Source: an uncultured Gammaproteobacteria bacterium
GTDB lineage: Bacteria > Patescibacteriota > Microgenomatia > JAMCZE01
Direction: 5' to 3'
Length of the DNA stretch: 64,000 bases
Assembly (NCBI GenBank): GCA_964641255.1
Contig: CAZXMM010000001.1
Span: 473,984-537,983 of the forward strand
The notes below the pieces were generated by a model that saw only the letters and a program-made list of their open reading frames with translations, was not told where the DNA came from and did not search any database. Positions 47,401 through 54,883 of the stretch are shown here, piece after piece. How positions within the stretch are numbered: position 1 is the first letter of the stretch; the number at the start of each line of letters is the position of its first letter. The translations under genes and the position numbers were made by a program.

Positions 47401-50313
47401 ATGGCAAAAAAACCCACATTTTCGGCTGTACCCAGCCAAGTAGATTTTCCCGCTAAGGAGCGGGAACTGCTTGAGTTCTGGTACAAAACCGGAATTGTTG
47501 ATAAGCATCTTCACAAAAACGACAAGGCCAAAAAAACCTTCTCTTTTATTGATGGTCCTATTACTGCCAATAATCCGATGGGGGTTCACCATGCCTGGGG
47601 CCGAAGTTATAAAGACCTCTGGCAGCGTTATCACACCATGAAAGGGGAGGCACAGCGCCATCAAAATGGTTTTGATTGTCAAGGACTGTGGGTTGAAGTC
47701 GAAGTCGAAAAGGAGCTTGGCTTTAAAAGCAAAAAAGATATCGAAGTTTACGGAGTAGGGAACTTTGTTAATCGCTGTAAAGAGCGCGTCCTTAAATTCT
47801 CTGCGATCCAAACCGAACAAACTAAACGCCTCGGTAACTTCATGGATTGGGACAATTCCTACTTTACGATGAGTGACGAGAATAACTTCATGATTTGGCA
47901 CGCTCTAAAAACCTGTTGGCAGCGGGGCTGGATCTATAAAGGGCATGAGTCTGTACCCTGGTGCCCCAGGTGTGAAACTGCTATTTCTCAGCACGAAATG
48001 CTCACTGAAGACTATAAAGAAGTGACTCACCAGTCTGTCTATTTTGCCCTCCCGCTACTGGGGACCGGTAATGAACACCTGCTTGTCTGGACGACTACTC
48101 CCTGGACGCTTCCGGCCAACATTGCCGTGGCAGTTGATACTACTTTTGACTATGTGTTAGTTGCCGGTGGTAATGGGAGGAACTATTGGGTAGTAAAAGG
48201 GAAAGAAAATTTAGTTTCGCTTACTCCAAGCGTTCTTAAAGAAGTAAAAGGCAAAGAGTTGGTGGGACTAAAATACGAGGGATTGTTTGACACTTTGGCA
48301 AAAGTTAAAAAAGTAGCACGGGAACACCCCAAGTTTCATACGGTCGTTGCCACTGATCCCCGCATCATGCCGATTACTAAGACTGAAGGAACGGGCCTTG
48401 TTCATACTGCCGTAAGTGCCGGAACTGAGGATTTTCAGTTGGGCAAGAAATTAGGACTTCCCATGATCCCCGTTATTGAGGACAACGCAGATTATCTTTC
48501 TGATATGGATTTCCTTTCCGGATTAAATGCTAAGAAGCACCCTGAAGTTGTACTTGACTACTTACTAGCGGAAACGGAAAAGGGAAAACCGTGGATTTTT
48601 AAGATTGAAAACTACACTCATAGGTACCCTGCTTGCTGGCGATGTAAAACGGAACTAGTTTGGAAAGTTGCTGATGAATGGTACATCAGCATGGATACTC
48701 CTGACCCCACCGACAGTAAGAAGCGTACTTTACGACAGCAGCTAAAAGAGGTCGCGAAGAAGATTACCTGGCTACCAAGTTTTGGGCTGGATCGGGAACT
48801 GGACTGGTTAACCAACATGCACGATTGGCTCATCTCCAAGAAAAATCGCTACTGGGGACTCGCTCTTCCTATCTATGAATGTGGTAAATGTGGCCACTTT
48901 GAGGTAATCGGCGGAAAAGAGGAATTAAAAAAAAGAGCGGTTACTGGTTGGGATCAGTTCCTTGGTAACTCTCCTCACAAACCTTGGATTGATGAAGTAA
49001 AAATTAATTGTAGTCAGTGTGGGGAGGCTGTTCCACGTATTCCTGATGTGGGTAATGTCTGGCTCGATGCTGGTATTGTTCCCTTCTCGACGCTTCATTT
49101 CCTTGATGATCCAAAATACTGGGAAAAGTGGTTCCCAGCGGACTTTATCACCGAGTCATTTCCCGGTCAATTTAAAAACTGGTTTTATTCTCTTTTAGTC
49201 ATGGGAACTATTCTTACGAAATCTCCCCCATTTAAGACGGTCCTTGGATATGCCTCACTGCTTGCGGAAGACGGTCGTCCCATGCACAAGTCCTGGGGTA
49301 ACGCGATTGAATTTAATGAAGGGGCGGATAAAATTGGCGCCGATGTGATGCGGTGGATGTTTGCGTCAGCTAATCCCACAGACAACATGCTGTTTGGCTA
49401 TAAAAAGGCCGATGAAGTAAGACGCCGGTTTTTCTTAATTCTGTGGAATTGTTATAGCTTTTTCGTTAACTATTACAATGTTGATAGAGTTGACTTGGAA
49501 AAGAAAACCGAGTTTTCAGTCTTAGACTTCTGGATTATTAGCCGACTGGATGACACCGTAACTATCGTCACGCAAAAGCTTGATCGGTTTAGTGCCTATG
49601 AGGCCACCCAGGCCCTAGAGGGATTTGTTTCTGACTTTTCAACCTGGTACATTCGCCGAAGTCGGGGGCGGGTTGGTCCTGCGAATGTGGATGAAAACGA
49701 TAAGGTTGCTTTTTATCGCACCAGCTATACCGTACTCATAACTCTTTCGCAGTTATTGGCCCCAATAATGCCATTTGTCAGCGATGAGATCTATCGCAAT
49801 TTAACTTTCCAAGAGAGTGTCCATTTATCTGACTGGCCCAAAGTTTCTAAAAGCCACAGTCATCTGGCTAACCAAAAACCTCAGACGATTATGAAATTTG
49901 TTCGTCAAGTTACTGAACTGGGTCATGCTGAGCGAAAAGCTGCAAACATCAAGGTGCGTCAGCCCCTCTCTCTCATGACAATTACCGGTCCCTATAAGAC
50001 CATTGATTCAGATTTTGTCCAGATTATAAAAGAGGAATTAAATGTTAAAGGTGTTGTGCTCAAATATAAAAAGGGAGCGGAAGTGCAAGTGGTCTTTGAC
50101 CTAAAGCTTACCCCCGAACTAAGTGCTGAGGGCAAAGCCCGAGACATTATTCGGGAAATTCAAGATGCCAGAAAAGCTGCTGGTACGGCACTTGACGAAA
50201 AAGTCGTAGTTCATCTTCCCGATTGGCCCGAGGAATTCACGGAGTATATTGCCAAAGAGACACTTGCCAAACAATTAGTCAAAGGAACTGATCTCAGAGT
50301 GGAAAGACTGTAG
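47401..50313 (+). CDS. ileS: Isoleucine--tRNA ligase
   Basis: HIGH-like 'NPMGVHHAWG', editing domain, KMSKS-like 'MHKSWGN', and Zn-ribbon cysteines 'CPRCE...CGKCGHF...CSQCGE'. Confidence 0.9.
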   Translation: MAKKPTFSAVPSQVDFPAKERELLEFWYKTGIVDKHLHKNDKAKKTFSFIDGPITANNPMGVHHAWGRSYKDLWQRYHTMKGEAQRHQNGFDCQGLWVEVEVEKELGFKSKKDIEVYGVGNFVNRCKERVLKFSAIQTEQTKRLGNFMDWDNSYFTMSDENNFMIWHALKTCWQRGWIYKGHESVPWCPRCETAISQHEMLTEDYKEVTHQSVYFALPLLGTGNEHLLVWTTTPWTLPANIAVAVDTTFDYVLVAGGNGRNYWVVKGKENLVSLTPSVLKEVKGKELVGLKYEGLFDTLAKVKKVAREHPKFHTVVATDPRIMPITKTEGTGLVHTAVSAGTEDFQLGKKLGLPMIPVIEDNADYLSDMDFLSGLNAKKHPEVVLDYLLAETEKGKPWIFKIENYTHRYPACWRCKTELVWKVADEWYISMDTPDPTDSKKRTLRQQLKEVAKKITWLPSFGLDRELDWLTNMHDWLISKKNRYWGLALPIYECGKCGHFEVIGGKEELKKRAVTGWDQFLGNSPHKPWIDEVKINCSQCGEAVPRIPDVGNVWLDAGIVPFSTLHFLDDPKYWEKWFPADFITESFPGQFKNWFYSLLVMGTILTKSPPFKTVLGYASLLAEDGRPMHKSWGNAIEFNEGADKIGADVMRWMFASANPTDNMLFGYKKADEVRRRFFLILWNCYSFFVNYYNVDRVDLEKKTEFSVLDFWIISRLDDTVTIVTQKLDRFSAYEATQALEGFVSDFSTWYIRRSRGRVGPANVDENDKVAFYRTSYTVLITLSQLLAPIMPFVSDEIYRNLTFQESVHLSDWPKVSKSHSHLANQKPQTIMKFVRQVTELGHAERKAANIKVRQPLSLMTITGPYKTIDSDFVQIIKEELNVKGVVLKYKKGAEVQVVFDLKLTPELSAEGKARDIIREIQDARKAAGTALDEKVVVHLPDWPEEFTEYIAKETLAKQLVKGTDLRVERL

Positions 50314-50314
50314 T

Positions 50315-51388
50315 ATGAAATCACTGCCGCATTTTGACTTCGTTATTCTTGTTTGCATTCTTCTTTTAATGGGTTTTGGGGGAGCTATTATTGCGAGTGT
50401 GGTCCCGGAGCTATTTCTGGCACAACTGACCTTCTATATTATCGGATTGGGGTTATTTCTCTTTTTTTCTGTTCTGGACTATCGTATTTTTCAAAATCTT
50501 CACAAACTTACTTATATTGTGATAATTGCCGGGCTCATTATCACTATGATCATCGGTTTTGAGTCTAAGGGGGCAGTACGCTGGATTCCCTTAGGACTTT
50601 TCCACTTACAGTTTTCCGAGTTAGGAAAACCGTTCCTAGTCACTGTTTTAGCGACCTTGCTCACTAGCTCACCAAAGAAGTTTTTCCATTTCTTAGTCAT
50701 GGTGACGGTTTTCCTGGGTCCAGCTTTTTTGGTTTTTCGCCAGCCAGATTTAGGCAGCTCAGTGGTTTATATCGCAACTGGCTTTTCTCTACTATTTGTT
50801 TCCGGAACACGTATCCGTTACTTTTTGTTCCCGTTCGCCTTAGTTTTTGCTTTTCTCCCGGTCGCTTGGCATTTTCTAGCTAACTATCAAAAGAATCGTA
50901 TTCTGACCTTTCTTAATCCGAGTCTGGATCCTTTGGGAGTAAGCTATAACGCTATCCAGGCGGTAATGACTGTTGGTTCCGGAATGTTTTTGGGGCGTGG
51001 ACTTGGGAGAGGCACTCAATCTCATTTACTTTTTCTTCCGGAAAAGCACACTGATTTTGTCTTTGCTTCAGTGGCTGAAGAACTTGGATTTGTCGGGTGT
51101 ATTTTTCTTTTGACAATTTATTTCGTGCTCATCTGGCGTATTTTGACTGTTGCCAGAAACTGTAGTGACCGCTTTGGTTTACTAATTGCCGTGGGAATGG
51201 GACTTATCATTACCACCCAAGTAGTTATCAATGTGGGAATGAACGTGGGGTTGTTGCCGGTTACCGGCATTACCTTACCCCTTGTTTCATACGGCGGCAG
51301 CTCAATCCTTTCCGTCCTTATTTGTTTGGGAATTGTCGAAAACATCGCTAGGAGCAAGAAGCTCGAAAACACCATCCATCTTGCTTGA
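50315..51388 (+). CDS. rodA: SEDS-family protein (RodA/FtsW paralogue)
   Basis: SEDS topology; 'LDPLGVSYNAIQAVMTVGSGMFLGRGLG' is the conserved SEDS loop. Confidence 0.8.
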   Translation: MKSLPHFDFVILVCILLLMGFGGAIIASVVPELFLAQLTFYIIGLGLFLFFSVLDYRIFQNLHKLTYIVIIAGLIITMIIGFESKGAVRWIPLGLFHLQFSELGKPFLVTVLATLLTSSPKKFFHFLVMVTVFLGPAFLVFRQPDLGSSVVYIATGFSLLFVSGTRIRYFLFPFALVFAFLPVAWHFLANYQKNRILTFLNPSLDPLGVSYNAIQAVMTVGSGMFLGRGLGRGTQSHLLFLPEKHTDFVFASVAEELGFVGCIFLLTIYFVLIWRILTVARNCSDRFGLLIAVGMGLIITTQVVINVGMNVGLLPVTGITLPLVSYGGSSILSVLICLGIVENIARSKKLENTIHLA

Positions 51389-51419
51389 TGTGTGCTTCGT
51401 CTGTTAGAATCAGTCTATT

Positions 51420-51806
51420 ATGCAATTTGCCGTAGTTCGTTTTGCCGGAAAACAGTTTCTTGTTTCTCCTGACTCCAAGTTTCTGGTCAATGGCACTTGG
51501 GGAGTGGAAAATGAAGAAATCACTCTGTCTGAGGTGTTACTCCTTTCGAATGACGCTAATGTCCAAGTGGGTACACCTCTGCTTCCTGGTGAAAGCGTTG
51601 TAGCTAAGGTACTCTCCACAGGCAAGGGTGACAAAATCATGGTTAGTAAGTTTAAAGCTAAAAGTCGCTACCGCAGAACAGTCGGATTTCGCCCCCAACT
51701 TACTACTCTTCAGGTGGTTTCCTTAGGAGGAGCTACCAAATCTGCTATTAAAAGTGTGCCTAAAAAGGCTCCGGCTCCCCGTGCCAAAAAGACAACCAAA
51801 CAGTAG
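51420..51806 (+). CDS. rplU: 50S ribosomal protein bL21 with a Lys-rich C-terminal tail
   Basis: 'MQFAVVRFAGKQFLVSPDSKF...' is the L21 fold. The tail is 'KKAPAPRAKKTTKQ'. Confidence 0.85.
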   Translation: MQFAVVRFAGKQFLVSPDSKFLVNGTWGVENEEITLSEVLLLSNDANVQVGTPLLPGESVVAKVLSTGKGDKIMVSKFKAKSRYRRTVGFRPQLTTLQVVSLGGATKSAIKSVPKKAPAPRAKKTTKQ

Positions 51807-51821
51807 AATAACAAGGTTACT

Positions 51822-52973
51822 ATGACGTATCTCTTTCTTCTAGGAAATGCTCCTGAGCTTGCGACTGCCGAGCTGGCAGCGGTCCTAAGTAGGTATAAAG
51901 TTACTCCCGTCTTCGCGTCAGTTGACCCCAGACTCCTAAGGGTGAGTGTCGATAAACCCCTAACTCCTGAAATATTAAATGTCTTGGGGGGGACAATAAA
52001 GGTAGTCGAAGTCGGAGCTGATTTTTCTGATCTTAAGGGTGCTCTTAAAGCTATTGAGGCTTTTTTAAGAACCTTTGATAAGCGAATCGTTTTTACTGTG
52101 TCGATTCATCCCTCAATTCTTAAAGCGGTCCCTCCTAACATGGAGAAGACCCTTAAAAAGAAACTAGAAGCTGATGGTTACAAGGCACGCTTTGTAGCAC
52201 CACAACGGCCTGAGTGGAATCTCTCCAGCGTGGTAGTTACCAAGCAAAAAGTTATTGAATTTGTTTTAATCCCGGGAGAACTTAGTGAATTTACCCTGGG
52301 ACAAACCTATTGGGTCCAAGAATTTGAGGAGTGGGGGAAAAGGGACTATGGTCGTCCTGCCGCAGAAGCTCACTTAGGTATGCTGCCCCCTAAAGTTGCT
52401 CGGATGATGGTAAATCTTGGATTCTCGAGTAAGATTGTCGATCCCTTCTGTGGAGCCGGAACAATTGTCGCTGAAGCGTTGGTTCTTGGAGCTCAAGCAA
52501 AGGGGATTGACCAAGATCCCAATCAGGTGAAGCGAACCAAAGATAACCTAGAGTGGCTGTGCACCGAATTCAATCTTCCTAAGAACTATCAAGTCATCCA
52601 AGGGGATGCCCGCAGAGCTACCCAACTATTAAAAACTACTGTCGGCTCAATTGTTACCGAGCCATTCTTAGGTCCCAATGACAGTCAAAATAAGGTCGTA
52701 GCATCACAAAAACTCCACAATTTAATGCAGGAACTCATTGGTCTCTATATTCGCTGTCTGGAAAACTGGAAAGAAATGTTATCTCCAGGGGGCAAAGTAG
52801 TGATTGCTCTGCCGAGCTTTACTCAGTCAAACTATATAGAAGAACATCTCGTGAAAACAATCGTTGACAAAGCAAATCTTATGGGCTATAGTTTGCTCCA
52901 AGGTCCGTTTCCTTACTTTCGTGCCCAGGCCGTAGTAAGAAGAAACATCTGTGTATTTGTTAAAAATAAGTAA
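51822..52973 (+). CDS. Class I SAM-dependent RNA methyltransferase with an N-terminal THUMP-like domain (Trm14/RlmL/Trm11-like)
   Basis: 'DPFCGAGTIVAEALVLGAQAKGIDQD' is motif I. 'TEPFLG' occupies the (D/N)PPY position. It sits between rplU and rpmA. Confidence 0.55.
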   Translation: MTYLFLLGNAPELATAELAAVLSRYKVTPVFASVDPRLLRVSVDKPLTPEILNVLGGTIKVVEVGADFSDLKGALKAIEAFLRTFDKRIVFTVSIHPSILKAVPPNMEKTLKKKLEADGYKARFVAPQRPEWNLSSVVVTKQKVIEFVLIPGELSEFTLGQTYWVQEFEEWGKRDYGRPAAEAHLGMLPPKVARMMVNLGFSSKIVDPFCGAGTIVAEALVLGAQAKGIDQDPNQVKRTKDNLEWLCTEFNLPKNYQVIQGDARRATQLLKTTVGSIVTEPFLGPNDSQNKVVASQKLHNLMQELIGLYIRCLENWKEMLSPGGKVVIALPSFTQSNYIEEHLVKTIVDKANLMGYSLLQGPFPYFRAQAVVRRNICVFVKNK

Positions 52974-52979
52974 ACATCT

Positions 52980-53231
52980 ATGGCACACGTCAAGGCTGGT
53001 GGTACAGTTAAGGGAAATAGAGATTCGATTGCCAAACGATTAGGCATTAAGGTTTATGCCGGTCAACCGGTTAAAAATGGCAATATTATTGTGCGCCAAA
53101 AAGGCTCCAGATATTATGCAGGACTAGGGACCAGACTCGGTAAAGATTTTACTCTTTACGCAGTTCAAGATGGTGTAGTTCGTTTCATGCAAAAACTGGG
53201 TAAAAAAATGATCACTGTCCAAACTCAATAG
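52980..53231 (+). CDS. rpmA: 50S ribosomal protein bL27
   Basis: 'MAHVKAGGTVKGNRDSIAKRLGIKVYAGQPVKNGNIIVRQKGSRYYAG'. Confidence 0.9.
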   Translation: MAHVKAGGTVKGNRDSIAKRLGIKVYAGQPVKNGNIIVRQKGSRYYAGLGTRLGKDFTLYAVQDGVVRFMQKLGKKMITVQTQ

Positions 53232-53234
53232 CTC

Positions 53235-54116
53235 ATGGCTGACGACCAAATTACTTATCTTGATATTAATCTTCTTCAGCCTAATCCGCTGCAGCCCCGT
53301 GGTCTCATCACACCCGAGTCTTTAGCTGATCTCGTAGAGTCAATTCGTGAGCACGGCATTATGCTCCCTCTGGTGGTGGCAGAAACTCCCGCCGGCTATC
53401 AAATTATTGCGGGAGAGCGGCGGTGGAGAGCCAGTAAAATTGTTGGTTTAGAAAAGGTTCCTACTATTGTGCGCAAAACCTCTCATCGTGGAATGCTTGA
53501 GATGGCAATTGTCGAAAACGTTCAGCGTGTAGATCTTAATCCCCTTGAGCGTGCCCAAGGATTTAAGAGAATGATGGATGAATTCGGACTAGGAACGGCT
53601 GAGATTGCCCAAAGAATTGGAAAGTCTCAGTCATTTGTTAGTAACTCCCTTCGGCTTTTGACTTTGCCTGATGCTCTCAAAGATGCTCTGCTGGCTGGAA
53701 TTGTAACCGAGGGTCATATTCGCGCCCTAGCTGCCATCGATGACCCCAATCAAATGGTCGAGGCTCTAAGACAAATTTTACGTGAGGAGGGTAGTGTTAG
53801 GCGGGCCGAAGAGTTAGCGAGAGAGTATAAAGCTAAGGAAGACATTGCTCCTAAGCGTTCCGAAGAGAGGATTCACAGTGAAGAATTTATAGCCATGGAA
53901 AAGGACCTCACTGCTAAGCTGGGAGCCAAAGTGAAAATTACCCAATCAATGAGAGAAGCAAGACTGGTCCTTATTCTTAAAGGCAATATGGACAAGACAA
54001 GTACTGTGCTGAGAAAGATTAAAGAGGCACTTGGCGGTCTTGACGTTGCCGAACTCCAGCTCGAAGCATCAGAAGCTGTAGTCATTGAACCAGAAACACC
54101 TCATTCTACTAACTAA
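53235..54116 (+). CDS. parB: Chromosome partitioning protein ParB/Spo0J
   Basis: ParB box 'VVAETPAGYQIIAGERRWRASKIVGLEKVPTIVR' and an HTH 'GTAEIAQRIGKSQSFVSNSLRLL'. Confidence 0.85.
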   Translation: MADDQITYLDINLLQPNPLQPRGLITPESLADLVESIREHGIMLPLVVAETPAGYQIIAGERRWRASKIVGLEKVPTIVRKTSHRGMLEMAIVENVQRVDLNPLERAQGFKRMMDEFGLGTAEIAQRIGKSQSFVSNSLRLLTLPDALKDALLAGIVTEGHIRALAAIDDPNQMVEALRQILREEGSVRRAEELAREYKAKEDIAPKRSEERIHSEEFIAMEKDLTAKLGAKVKITQSMREARLVLILKGNMDKTSTVLRKIKEALGGLDVAELQLEASEAVVIEPETPHSTN

Positions 54117-54132
54117 TTTCTCCCAGACTCAT

Positions 54133-54705
54133 TTACTCGGTCGCGTAAGTTGCTGAGTCAATTTTGCCAAAACGGTCGACTGGCCAGTAGCGGAAAAACA
54201 CCTTCCCAACAAATTCGGCTGTAGTTACAGGACCAAAATCCCGAGAATCACTCGAGTGGGGACGATTGTCACCCACGACAAAATACTGCCCTTCAGGAAC
54301 AACAATTTCCTGATCCTCGGCCAAATAGCCCTCGGGTCCAGTATAGACTGAGGGGTCAAGATATTCGCTTTCGTCCAGTGGCGCCCCATTTAGGTAAAGC
54401 TTACCCTGAGAGATTTTTACCTGATCCCCGGGCAACCCAATGATACGTTTAATAAAATCAATATCGTTATTCTTGGGAGAGCGAAACACTACCACATCGC
54501 CACGTTTGGGCAGACCCATTCGGTAGCTAATCTTATCAGTAAAAATGTATTCCCCATCTTTAAAAGTGGGATACATTGAGCTACCTTTGACTTGGTTGGG
54601 TTGGAAAAGAACTAAGTAAGCCACTACAAAGATGGCAGCCGCAAAAACAAAGGCCTCAACAAATTCCCACATGACTCCGAAAACACTTTTAAAGGCTCCA
54701 AACAT
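54133..54705 (-). CDS. lepB: Signal peptidase I
   Basis: S26 boxes 'GSSMYPTF', 'RGDVVVF', 'IKRIIGLPGD', 'YFVVGDNRPHSSDSR'. Confidence 0.85.
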   Translation of the reverse strand: MFGAFKSVFGVMWEFVEAFVFAAAIFVVAYLVLFQPNQVKGSSMYPTFKDGEYIFTDKISYRMGLPKRGDVVVFRSPKNNDIDFIKRIIGLPGDQVKISQGKLYLNGAPLDESEYLDPSVYTGPEGYLAEDQEIVVPEGQYFVVGDNRPHSSDSRDFGPVTTAEFVGKVFFRYWPVDRFGKIDSATYATE

Positions 54706-54794
54706 AATGACATTAGTGTAGAGTTTTTTTACTAAGCATGCAAGCGTAATAGCTACTAATCCTTTTTGAGCTACGTTATAATTGAATCCTCGTT

Positions 54795-54866
54795 GGACTT
54801 GTGGCTCAGTGGTAGAGCGTCCCGTTCACATCGGGAAGGTCGAAGGTTCGATTCCTTCCAGGTCCA
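54795..54866 (+). tRNA. tRNA-Val (anticodon CAC)
   Basis: A manual cloverleaf gives a 7-bp acceptor stem ggacttg/caggtcc (one G-U), D-stem gctc/gagc, and anticodon stem tcccg/cggga with loop uuCACau. The T-arm is gaagg-TTCGATT-ccttc. Discriminator A; no encoded CCA. A TATAAT lies 11 nt upstream. Confidence 0.85.
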
Positions 54867-54883
54867 CTAGCCTATTGGCGGTT

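Noticed and set aside
47317-47901. 194-aa minus-strand ORF overlapping the ileS leader and 5' coding region
   Set aside because: It is antisense to a strongly conserved IleRS reading frame and to the T-box leader. The product is low-complexity and looks like a spurious shadow ORF.
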